A stretch of 64,000 nucleotides of DNA from Yuukianura sp. NJ FZ-2021 (Eukaryota). The stretch is taken from positions 6,696,001 to 6,760,000 of the forward strand of contig CM102290.1 in NCBI GenBank assembly GCA_046563655.1, written 5' to 3'. A model generated the notes under the pieces. The model had not been told where the DNA came from, ran no database searches, and was given only the letters and a program-made list of their open reading frames with translations. This document shows positions 51,801 to 64,000 of this stretch, one piece after another (within the stretch, counting starts at the first letter, position 1; every line of letters starts with the position of its first letter). The position numbers and the translations under genes are program-made.

Positions 51801-53354
51801 TCAGAAGGGCTTTCAGAAGCATAATATCGGTTTGCAATTTTGAATTCTCTGATAGCCCAGAATGACTTTTTGGGGAGTTTTTGAACAAAATGGATTTTTA
51901 GAAGAAAAATTGAGATTCGAACACTTCAGAAGGGCTTTCAGAAGCATAATATCGGTTTGCAATTTTGAATTCTCTGATAGCCCAGAATGACTTTTTGGGG
52001 AGTTTTTGAACAAAATGGATTTTTAGAAGAAAAATTGAGATTGGTACACTTCAGAAGGGCTTTCAGAAGCATAATATCGGTTTGCAATTTTGAATTCTCT
52101 GATAGCCCAGAATGACTTTTTGGAGAGTTTTTGAACTAAAATGACTTTTTGGAGAGTTTTTGAACTAAATGGATTTTTAGAAGAAAAATTGAGATTGGAA
52201 CACTTCAGAAGGGCTTTCAGAAGCATAATATCGGTTTGCAATTTTGAATTCTTTGATAGCCCAGAATGACTTTTTGGGGAGTTTTTAATGAAGAAAATGG
52301 ATTTTTCGGAGAAAAATTGAGATTGGTACACTTCAGAAGGGCTTTCAGAAGCATAATATCGGTTTGCAATTTTGAATTCTTTGATAGCCCAGAATGACTT
52401 TTTGGGGAGTTTTTAATGAAGAAAATGGATTTTTCGGAGAAAAATTGAGAGTGGTAAATTCGGATGGGCTTTCAGAAGCATAGTTTCGGTTTATAATTTT
52501 GACTACTCACAAACCCAAGAGTGACTTTTTGCCGAGTTTTTAATGAAAAAAATGGATTTTTCGGAAAAAATTGAGATTGGTACACTTCAGAAGGGCTTTC
52601 AGAAGCATAATATCGGTTTGCAATTTTGAATTCTCTGATAGCCCAGAATGACTTTTTGGGAAGTTTTTGAACAAAATGGGTTTTTAGAAGAAAAATTGAG
52701 ATTGGTACACTTCAGAAGGGCTTTCAGAAGCATAATATCGGTTTGCAATTTTGAATTTTCGGATAGCCCAGAATGAATTTTTGGGGAGTTTTTGAACAAA
52801 ATGGATTTTTAGAAGAAAAATTGAGATTGGTACACTTCAGAAGGGCTTTCAGAAGCATAATATCGGTTTGCAATTTTGAATTCTTTGATAGCCCAGAATG
52901 ACTTTTTGGGGAGTTTTTAATGAAGAAAATGGATTTTTCGGAGAAAAATTGAGAGTGGTAAATTCGGATGGGCTTTCAGAAGCATAGTTTCGGTTTATAA
53001 TTTTGACTACTCACAAACCCCAGAATGACTTTTTGCCGAGTTTTTAATGAAAAAAATGGATTTTTCGGAAAAAAATTAAGATTGGAACACTTCAGAAGGG
53101 CTTTCAGAAGCATAATATCGGTTTGCAATTTTGATATCTCTGATAGCCCAGAATGACTTTTTGGGGAGTTTTTGAACAAAATGGATTTTTAGAAGAAAAA
53201 TTGAGATTGGAACACTTCAGAAGGGCTTTCAGAAGCATAATATCGGTTTGCAATTTTGAATTCTCTGATAGCCCAGAATGACTTTTTGGTGAGTTTTTGA
53301 ACAAAATGGATTTTTAGAAGAAAAATTGAGATTGGAACACTTCAGAAGGGCTTT
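48814..53354. repeat. Satellite 1, right part
   Basis: Same monomer and orientation resume at ATAATATCGG after the LINE tail and end at …GAAGGGCTTT (53354). Confidence 0.99.
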
Positions 53355-53377
53355 GATGAATTTGTATTATTTGTATC

Positions 53378-56300
53378 TAATTTTGATGAAAATGACTTTG
53401 GGAGGGTTTCCGACAAGCGTCAGGGGCTATCATCGCCTCGAAAATCACTTCCCAACGTCAAAAATATCATTTTAGCTTTCATGAAAATGCCTTTGGGAAT
53501 GTTCACGACAGCATCAGGGACCATCATCACTCAGAAGATCACTTCCCAAAGTCAAAACATCATTTTACTAACTTTTGATGGAAATGACTTTGGGGGTCAG
53601 CGGTCATCATCACATCGAAAATCACTTCCCAATTTCAAAAATATCATTTAAACTTTTGATAAAAATGACCTTGGGAGGGTTCCCGACAGCATCAGGGGCC
53701 GTCATCACCCCGGAAATCAATTCCCAGAGTCAAAAAATCATTTTTTTTAACTTTTGACGGAAATGGCTTTGGGAGGGTTCCCGGAATGGTCAGCGGCCAT
53801 TGAGAGGGTTCCTGACAGGGTCAGGGGCCATGATCACCCCGAAAATCAATTCCCAGAGTCAAAAAAATCATTTTTTTTAACTTTTGACGGAAATGGCTTT
53901 GGGAGGGTTCCCGGAATGGTCAGCGGCCATTGAGAGGGTTCCTGACAGGGTCAGGGGCCATGACCACCCCGAGAATCAATTCCGAGTCAAAAAATCATTT
54001 TCCTAACTTTTGACGGAAATGACTTTGGGAGGGTTCCCGGAATGGTCAGCGGCCATTGAGAGGGTTCCTGACAGGGTCAGCGGCCATGACCACCCCGAAA
54101 ATCAATTCCGAGTCACAAAATTATTTCCCTAGCTTTTGACGAAATGACTTTGGTAGGGTTCCTGACAAGGTCAGGGCCATCATCACCTCGAAAATCACTA
54201 CCCAAGGTATAAGATATCATTTTAACTTTTGATGGAAATGACCTGGGAGGGTTCCCGGCAGCATTCGGGGCCATCATCACCTCGAAAATCACTTCCCAAG
54301 GTGATAAATATCATTCTAACTTTTGATGGAAATGACATTGAGAGGGTTCCTGACAGGGTCAGAGGCCATGACCACCCCGAAAATCAATTCCGAGTCACAA
54401 AATTATTTCCCTAGCTTTTGACGAAATGACTTTGGTAGGGTTCCTGACAAGGTCAGGGCCATCATCACCTCGAAAATCACTACCGAAGGTTGAAGATATC
54501 ATTTTAACTTTTGATGGAAATGACCTGGGAGGGTTCCCGGCAGCATTCGGGGCCATCATCACCTCGAAAATCACTTCCCGAGGTGATAAATATCATTCTA
54601 ACTTTTGATGGAAATGACATTGAGAGGGTTCCTGACAGGGTCACTCTCCAGTGTCAAAAAATCATTTTCATAACTTTTCATGAAAATTACTTTGGGAGGC
54701 TTCCCGACAGCATCAGCGACCGTCATGACCCCGAAAATCGCTTCCCAAAGTCAAAAATATCGTTTTTCTAACTTTTGATGAAAATGACTTTGGAAGGGTT
54801 AACGACAGGGTCAGAGGCCATGACCACCCCAAAAATCACTTTCCAGTGTCAAAAAATCATTTTTTTTTAACTTTTTACGGAAATGGCTTTGGGAGGGTTC
54901 CCGGAATGGTCAGCGGCCATTGAGAGGGTTCCTGACAGGGTCAGGGGCCATGACCACCCCGAAAATCAATTCCGAGTCAAAAAATCATTTTCCTAACTTT
55001 TGACGGAAATGACTTTGGGAAGGTTCCCGGAATGGTCAGCGGCCATTGAGAGGGTTCCTGACAATGTCAGCTTCCATGACCACCCCGAAAATCAATTCCG
55101 AGTCACAAAATTATTTCCCTAGCTTTTGACGAAATGACTTTGGTAGGGTTCCTGACAAGGTCAGGGCCATCATCACCTCGAAAATCACTACCCAAGGTTG
55201 AAGATATCATTTTAACTTTTGATGGAAATGACCTGGGAGGGTTCCCGGCAGCATTCTGGGCCATCATCACCTCGAAAATCACTTACCAAGGTGATAAATA
55301 TCATTCTAACTTTTGATGGAAATGACATTGAAAGGGTTCCTGACAGGGTCAGAGGCCATGACCACCCCAAAAATCACTTTCCAGTGTCAAAAAATCATTT
55401 TCATAACTTTTCATGAAAATTACTCTGGGAGGCTTCTCGACAGCATCAGCGACCGTCATGACCCCGAAAATCGCTTCCCAAAGTCAAAAATATCGTTTTT
55501 CTAACTTTTGATGAAAATGACTTTGGAAGGGTTAACGACAGGGTCAGCGGCCATTGAGAGGGTTCCTGACAGGGTCAGGGGCCATGACCACCCCGAAAAT
55601 CAATTCCCAGAGTCAAAAAATAATTTTTTTAACTTTTTACGGAAATGGCTTTGGGAGGGTTCCCGGAATGGTCAGCGGCCATTGAGAGGGTTCCTGACAG
55701 GGTCAGGGGCCATGACCACCCCGAAAATCAATTCCGAGTCAAAAAATCATTTTCCTAACTTTTGACGGAAATGACTTTGGGAGGGTTCCCGGAATGGTCA
55801 GCGGCCATTGAGAGGGTTCCTGACAGGGTCAGCTGTCATGACCACCCCGAAAATCAATTCCGAGTCACAAAATTATTTCCCTAGCTTTTGACGAAATGAC
55901 TTTGGTAGGGTTCCTGACAAGGTCAGGGCCATCATCACCTCGAAAATCACTACCCAAGGTGATAAATATCATTCTAACTTTTGATGGAAATGACATTGAG
56001 AGGGTTCCTGACAGGGTCAGAGGCCATGACCACCCCAAAAATCACTTTCCAGTGTCAAAAAATAATTTTCATAACTTTTCATGAAAATTACTTTGGGAGG
56101 CTTCCCGACAGCATCAGCGACCGTCATGACCCCGAAAATCGCTTCCCAAAGTCAAAAATATCGTTTTTCTAACTTTTGATGAAAATGACTTTGGAAGGGT
56201 TAACGACAGGGTCAGCGGCCATTGAGAGGGTTCCTGACAGGGTCAGGGGCCATGACCACCCTGAAAATCAATTCCCAGAGTCAAAAAAATAATTTTTTTA

Positions 56301-59300
56301 ACTTTTTACGGAAATGGCTTTGGGAGGGTTCCCGGAATGGTCAGCGGCCATTGAGAGGGTTCCTGACAGGGTCAGGGGCCATGACCACCCCGAAAATCAA
56401 TTCCGAGTCACAAAATTATTTCCCTAGCTATTGACGAAATGACTTTGGTAGGGTTCCTGACCAGGTCAGGGCCATCATCACCTCGAAAATCACTACCCAA
56501 GGTTGAAGATATCATTTTAACTTTTGATGGAAATGACTTGGGAGGGTTCCCGGCAGCATTCGGGGCCATCATCACCTCGAAAATCACTTCCCAAGGTGAT
56601 AAATATCATTCTAACTTTTGATGGAAATGACATTGAGAGGGTTCCTGACAGGGTCAGAGGCCATGACCACCCCAAAAATCACTTTCCAGTGTCAAAAAAT
56701 CATTTTCATAACTTTTCATGAAAATTACTTTCGGAGGCTTCCCGACAGCATCAGCGACCGTCATGACCCCGAAAATCGCTTCCCAAAGTCAAAAATATCG
56801 TTTTTCTAACTTTTGATGAAAATGACTTTGGAAGGGTTAACGACAGGGTCAGCGGCCATTGAGAGGGTTCCTGACAGGGTCAGGGGCCATGACCACCCCG
56901 AAAATCAATTCCCAGAGTCAAAAAATCATTTTTTTAACTTTTTACGGAAATGGCTTTGGGAGGGTTCCCGGAATGGTCAGCGGCCATTGAGAGGGTTCCT
57001 GACAGGGTCAGGGGCCATGACCACCCCGAAAATCAATTCCGAGTCACAAAATTATTTCCCTAGCTTTTGACGAAATGACTTTGGTAGGGTTCCTGACCAG
57101 GTCAGGGCCATCATCACCTCGAAAATCACTACCCAAGGTTGAAGATATCATTTTAACTTTTGATGGAAATGACTTGGGAGGGTTCCCGGCAGCATTCGGG
57201 GCCATCATCACCTCGAAAATCACTTCCCAAGGTGATAAATATCATTCTAACTTTTGATGGAAATGACATTGAGAGGGTTCCTGACAGGGTCAGAGGCCAT
57301 GACCACCCCAAAAATCACTTTCCAGTGTCAAAAAATCATTTTCATAACTTTTCATGAAAATTACTTTCGGAGGCTTCCCGACAGCATCAGCGACCGTCAT
57401 GACCCCGAAAATCGCTTCCCAAAGTCAAAAATATCGTTTTTCTAACTTTTGATGAAAATGACTTTGGAAGGGTTAACGACAGGGTCAGCGGCCATTGAGA
57501 GGGTTCCTGACAGGGTCAGGGGCCATGACCACCCCGAAAATCAATTCCCAGAGTCAAAAAATCATTTTTTTAACTTTTTACGGAAATGGCTTTGGGAGGG
57601 TTCCCGGAATGGTCAGCGGCCATTGAGAGGGTTCCTGACAGGGTCAGGGGCCATGACCACCCCGAAAATCAATTCCGAGTCAAAAAATCATTTTCCTAAC
57701 TTTTGACGGAAATGACTTTGGGAGGGTTCCCGGAATGGTCAGCGGCCATTGAGAGGGTGCCTGACAGGGTCAGCGGCCATGACCACCCCGAAAATCAATT
57801 CCGAGTCACAAAATTATTTCCCTAGCTTTTGACGAAATGACTTTGGTAGGGTTCCTGACAAGGTCAGGGCCATCATCACCTCGAAAATCACTACCCAAGG
57901 TTGAAGATATCATTTTAACTTTTGATGGAAATGACTTGGGAGGGTTCCCGGCAGCATTCGGGGCCATCATCACCTCGAAAATCACTTCCCAAGGTGATAA
58001 ATATCATTCTAACTTTTGATGGAAATGACATTGAGAGGGTTCCTGACAGGGTCAGAGGCCATGACCACCCCAAAAATCACTTTCCAGTGTCAAAAAATCA
58101 TTTTCATAACTTTTCATGAAAATTACTCTGGGAGGCTTCCCGACAGCATCAGCGACCGTCATGACCCCGAAAATCGCTTCCCAAAGTCAAAAATATCGTT
58201 TTTCTAACTTTTGATGAAAATGACTTTGGAAGGGTTAACGACAGGGTCAGCGGCCATTGAGAGGGTTCCTGACAGGGTCAGGGGCCATGACCACCTCGAA
58301 AATCAATTCCGAGTCAAAAAATCATTTTCCTAACTTTTGACGGAAATGACTTTGGGAGGGTTCCCGGAATGGTCAGCGGCCATTGAGAGGGTTCCTGACA
58401 GGGTCAGCGGCCATGACCACCCCGAAAATCAATTCCGAGTCACAAAATTATTTCCCTAGCTTTTGACGAAATGACTTTGGTAGGGTTCCTGACAAGGTCA
58501 GGGCCATCATCACCTCGAAAATCACTACCCAAGGTTGAAGATATCATTTTAACTTTTGATGGAAATGACCTGGGAGGGTTCCCGGCAGCATTCGGGGCCA
58601 TCATCACCTCGAAAATCACTTCCCAAGGTGATAAATATCATTCTAACTTTTGATGGAAATGACATTGAGAGGGTTCCTGACAGGGTCAGAGGCCATGACC
58701 ACCCCAAAAATCACTTTCCAGTGTCAAAAAATAATTTTCATAACTTTTCATGAAAATTACTTTGGGAGGCTTCCCGACAGCATCAGCGACCGTCATGACC
58801 CCGAAAATCGCTTCCCAAAGTCAAAAATATCGTTTTTCTAACTTTTGATGAAAATGACTTTGGAAGGGTTAACGACAGGGTCAGCGGCCATTGAGAGGGT
58901 TCCTGACAGGGTCAGGGGCCATGACCACCCTGAAAATCAATTCCCAGAGTCAAAAAAATAATTTTTTTAACTTTTTACGGAAATGGCTTTGGGAGGGTTC
59001 CCGGAATGGTCAGCGGCCATTGAGAGGGTTCCTGACAGGGTCAGGGGCCATGACCACCCCGAAAATCAATTCCGAGTCACAAAATTATTTCCCTAGCTTT
59101 TGACGAAATGACTTTGGTAGGGTTCCTGACCAGGTCAGGGCCATCATCACCTCGAAAATCACTACCCAAGGTTGAAGATATCATTTTAACTTTTGATGGA
59201 AATGACTTGGGAGGGTTCCCGGCAGCATTCGGGGCCATCATCACCTCGAAAATCACTTCCCAAGGTGATAAATATCATTCTAACTTTTGATGGAAATGAC

Positions 59301-62300
59301 ATTGAGAGGGTTCCTGACAGGGTCAGAGGCCATGACCACCCCAAAAATCACTTTCCAGTGTCAAAAAATCATTTTCATAACTTTTCATGAAAATTACTTT
59401 CGGAGGCTTCCCGACAGCATCAGCGACCGTCATGACCCCGAAAATCGCTTCCCAAAGTCAAAAATATCGTTTTTCTAACTTTTGATGAAAATGACTTTGG
59501 AAGGGTTAACGACAGGGTCAGCGGCCATTGAGAGGGTTCCTGACAGGGTCAGGGGCCATGACCACCCCGAAAATCAATTCCCAGAGTCAAAAAATCATTT
59601 TTTTAACTTTTTACGGAAATGGCTTTGGGAGGGTTCCCGGAATGGTCAGCGGCCATTGAGAGGGTTCCTGACAGGGTCAGGGGCCATGACCACCCCGAAA
59701 ATCAATTCCGAGTCAAAAAATCATTTTCCTAACTTTTGACGGAAATGACTTTGGGAGGGTTCCCGGAATGGTCAGCGGCCATTGAGAGGGTGCCTGACAG
59801 GGTCAGCGGCCATGACCACCCCGAAAATCAATTCCGAGTCACAAAATTATTTCCCTAGCTTTTGACGAAATGACTTTGGTAGGGTTCCTGACAAGGTCAG
59901 GGCCATCATCACCTCGAAAATCACTACCCAAGGTTGAAGATATCATTTTAACTTTTGATGGAAATGACCTGGGAGGGTTCCCGGCAGCATTCGGGGCCAT
60001 CATCACCTCGAAAATCACTTCCCAAGGTGATAAATATCATTCTAACTTTTGATGGAAATGACATTGAGAGGGTTCCTGACAGGGTCAGAGGCCATGACCA
60101 CCCCAAAAATCACTTTCCAGTGTCAAAAAATAATTTTCATAACTTTTCATGAAAATTACTTTGGGAGGCTTCCCGACAGCATCAGCGACCGTCATGACCC
60201 CGAAAATCGCTTCCCAAAGTCAAAAATATCGTTTTTCTAACTTTTGATGAAAATGACTTTGGAAGGGTTAACGACAGGGTCAGCGGCCATTGAGAGGGTT
60301 CCTGACAGGGTCAGGGGCCATGACCACCTCGAAAATCAATTCCGAGTCAAAAAATCATTTTCCTAACTTTTGACGGAAATGACTTTGGGAGGGTTCCCGG
60401 AATGGTCAGCGGCCATTGAGAGGGTTCCTGACAGGGTCAGCGGCCATGACCACCCCGAAAATCAATTCCGAGTCACAAAATTATTTCCCTAGCTATTGAC
60501 GAAATGACTTTGGTAGGGTTCCTGACCAGGTCAGGGCCATCATCACCTCGAAAATCACTACCCAAGGTTGAAGATATCATTTTAACTTTTGATGGAAATG
60601 ACTTGGGAGGGTTCCCGGCAGCATTCGGGGCCATCATCACCTCGAAAATCACTTCCCAAGGTGATAAATATCATTCTAACTTTTGATGGAAATGACATTG
60701 AGAGGGTTCCTGACAGGGTCAGAGGCCATGACCACCCCAAAAATCACTTTCCAGTGTCAAAAAATCATTTTCATAACTTTTCATGAAAATTACTTTCGGA
60801 GGCTTCCCGACAGCATCAGCGACCGTCATGACCCCGAAAATCGCTTCCCAAAGTCAAAAATATCGTTTTTCTAACTTTTGATGAAAATGACTTTGGAAGG
60901 GTTAACGACAGGGTCAGCGGCCATTGAGAGGGTTCCTGACAGGGTCAGGGGCCATGACCACCCCGAAAATCAATTCCCAGAGTCAAAAAATCATTTTTTT
61001 AACTTTTTACGGAAATGGCTTTGGGAGGGTTCCCGGAATGGTCAGCGGCCATTGAGAGGGTTCCTGACAGGGTCAGGGGCCATGACCACCCCGAAAATCA
61101 ATTCCGAGTCAAAAAATCATTTTCCTAACTTTTGACGGAAATGACTTTGGGAGGGTTCCCGGAATGGTCAGCGGCCATTGAGAGGGTGCCTGACAGGGTC
61201 AGCGGCCATGACCACCCCGAAAATCAATTCCGAGTCACAAAATTATTTCCCTAGCTTTTGACGAAATGACTTTGGTAGGGTTCCTGACAAGGTCAGGGCC
61301 ATCATCACCTCGAAAATCACTACCCAAGGTTGAAGATATCATTTTAACTTTTGATGGAAATGACCTGGGAGGGTTCCCGGCAGCATTCGGGGCCATCATC
61401 ACCTCGAAAATCACTTCCCAAGGTGATAAATATCATTCTAACTTTTGATGGAAATGACATTGAGAGGGTTCCTGACAGGGTCAGAGGCCATGACCACCCC
61501 AAAAATCACTTTCCAGTGTCAAAAAATAATTTTCATAACTTTTCATGAAAATTACTTTGGGAGGCTTCCCGACAGCATCTGCGACCGTCATGACCCCGAA
61601 AATCGCTTCCCAAAGTCAAAAATATCGTTTTTCTAACTTTTGATGAAAATGACTTTGGAAGGGTTAACGACAGGGTCAGCGGCCATTGAGAGGGTTCCTG
61701 ACAGGGTCAGGGGCCAATGACCACCCCGAAAATCAATTCCCAGAGTCAAAAAATCATTTTCCTAACTTTTGACGGAAATGACTTTGGGAAGGTTCCCGGA
61801 ATGGTCAGCGGCCATTGAGAGGGTTCCTGACAGGGTCAGCGGCCATGACCACCCCGAAAATCAATTCCGAGTCACAAAATTATTTCCCTAGCTTTTGACG
61901 AAATGACTTTGGTAGGGTTCCTGACCAGGTCAGGGCCATCATCACCTCGAAAATCACTACCCAAGGTTGAAGATATCATTTTAACTTTTGATGGAAATGA
62001 CTTGGGAGGGTTCCCGGCAGCATTCGGGGCCATCATCACCTCGAAAATCACTTCCCAAGGTGATAAATATCATTCTAACTTTTGATGGAAATGACATTGA
62101 GAGGGTTCCTGACAGGGTCAGAGGCCATGACCACCCCAAAAATCACTTTCCAGTGTCAAAAAATCATTTTCATAACTTTTCATGAAAATTACTTTCGGAG
62201 GCTTCCCGACAGCATCAGCGACCGTCATGACCCCGAAAATCGCTTCCCAAAGTCAAAAATATCGTTTTTCTAACTTTTGATGAAAATGACTTTGGAAGGG

Positions 62301-64000
62301 TTAACGACAGGGTCAGCGGCCATTGAGAGGGTTCCTGACAGGGTCAGGGGCCATGACCACCCCGAAAATCAATTCCCAGAGTCAAAAAATCATTTTTTTA
62401 ACTTTTTACGGAAATGGCTTTGGGAGGGTTCCCGGAATGGTCAGCGGCCATTGAGAGGGTTCCTGACAGGGTCAGGGGCCATGACCACCCCGAAAATCAA
62501 TTCCGAGTCAAAAAATCATTTTCCTAACTTTTGACGGAAATGACTTTGGGAGGGTTCCCGGAATGGTCAGCGGCCATTGAGAGGGTTCCTGACAGGGTCA
62601 GCGGCCATGACCACCCCGAAAATCAATTCCGAGTCACAAAATTATTTCCCTAGCTTTTGACGAAATGACTTTGGTAGGGTTCCTGACAAGGTCAGGGCCA
62701 TCATCACCTCGAAAATCACTACCCAAGGTTGAAGATATCATTTTAACTTTTGATGGAAATGACCTGGGAGGGTTCCCGGCAGCATTCGGGGCCATCATCA
62801 CCTCGAAAATCACTTCCCAAGGTGATAAATATCATTCTAACTTTTGATGGAAATGACATTGAGAGGGTTCCTGACAGGGTCAGAGGCCATGACCACCCCA
62901 AAAATCACTTTCCAGTGTCAAAAAATCATTTTCATAACTTTTCATGAAAATTACTTTCGGAGGCTTCCCGACAGCATCAGCGACCGTCATGACCCCGAAA
63001 ATCGCTTCCCAAAGTCAAAAATATCGTTTTTCTAACTTTTGATGAAAATGACTTTGGAAGGGTTAACGACAGGGTCAGCGGCCAATGAGAGGGTTCCTGA
63101 CAGGGTCAGGGGCCATGACCACCCCGAAAATCAATTCCCAGAGTCAAAAAATCATTTTTCCAACTTTTGACGGAAATGGCTTTGGGAGGGTTCCCGGAAT
63201 GGTCAGCGGCCATTGAGAGGGTTCCTGACAGGGTCAGGGGCCATGACCACCCCGAAAATCAATTCCCAGAGTCAAAAAATCATTTTTTTTAACTTTTGAC
63301 GGAAATGGCTTTGGGAGGGTTCCCGGAATGGTCATCGGCCATTGAGAGGGTTCCTGACAGGGTCAGGGGCCATGACCACCCCGAAAATCAATTCCGAGTC
63401 AAAAAATCATTTTCCTAACTTTTGACGGAAATGACTTTGGGAGGGTTCCCGGAATGGTCAGCGGCCATTGAGAGGGTTCCTGACAGGGTCAGCGGCCATG
63501 ACCACCCCGAAAATCAATTCCGAGTCACAAAATTATTTCCCTAGCTTTTGACGAAATGACTTTGGTAGGGTTCCTGACAAGGTCAGGGCCATCATCACCT
63601 CGAAAATCACTACCCAAGGTTGAAGATATCATTTTAACTTTTGATGGAAATGACCTGGGAGGGTTCCCGGCAGCATTCGGGGCCATCATCACCTCGAAAA
63701 TCACTTCCCAAGGTGATAAATATCATTCTAACTTTTGATGGAAATGACATTGAGAGGGTTCCTGACAGGGTCAGAGGCCATGACCACCCCAAAAATCACT
63801 TTCCAGTGTCAAAAAATCATTTTCATAACTTTTCATGAAAATTACTTTCGGAGGCTTCCCGACAGCATCAGCGACCGTCATGACCCCGAAAATCGCTTCC
63901 CAAAGTCAAAAATATCGTTTTTCTAACTTTTGATGAAAATGACTTTGGAAGGGTTAACGACAGGGTCAGCGGCCATTGAGAGGGTTCCTGACAGGGTCAG
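53378..64000. repeat. Satellite 2: ~95-bp and ~127-bp monomers in higher-order repeats; continues beyond the window
   Basis: Basic unit AACTTTTGATGAAAATGACTTTGGGAGGGTTCCCGACAG…GGCCATCATCACCCCGAAAATCACTTCCCAAAGTCAAAAATATCATTTT. A marker monomer recurs at 56439, 57075, 57837, 58471, 59108, 59870, 60504, 61266, 61903, 62665 and 63556. Confidence 0.98.

Noticed and set aside
12562..53304. Hundreds of 60-120 aa ORFs (MFKNSPKSHSGL…)
   Set aside because: They are translations of the 125-bp satellite. The period is not a multiple of 3, most starts are non-ATG, and no domain is recognisable.
53575..63926. Repeated short + strand ORFs (MTLVGFLTR…, MMEMT…)
   Set aside because: Translations of satellite 2 in overlapping frames.
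12640..64000. CRISPR-like repeat-spacer array
   Set aside because: No unique spacers (whole monomers repeat), no cas genes, and a eukaryotic context.

Overview
Eukaryotic (probably invertebrate; 62-84 bp GT-AG introns) heterochromatin-like window with no recognisable host gene. Bases 1-10.2 kb hold a decayed Helentron (Helitron2). Its minus-strand, intron-containing Rep(HUH)-PIF1 helicase-AP-endonuclease gene faces a convergent RPA1-like OB-fold gene and a small orphan spliced gene. It is interrupted by an internally deleted Sola1-like DNA transposon (33-bp TIRs, AATT TSD) whose removal restores the reading frame exactly. Bases 10.6-12.2 kb are a truncated BEL/Pao LTR retrotransposon (LTR, PBS, gag), followed by a second Helentron-like 5' terminus. 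Bases 12.64-53.35 kb are a homogeneous ~125-bp satellite (roughly 300 monomers) with two variant domains and kb-scale internal duplications, interrupted at 45.4-48.8 kb by a 5'-truncated CR1/L2-group LINE. From 53.38 kb to the window end lies a second satellite with ~95-bp and ~127-bp monomers, internal dyad symmetry and nested higher-order repeats (about 636, 762 and 2033 bp). The overall architecture resembles a (peri)centromere edge, which is inference. The hundreds of 60-110 aa ORFs in the satellites are artefacts. All family assignments come from motif recognition, not database searches.
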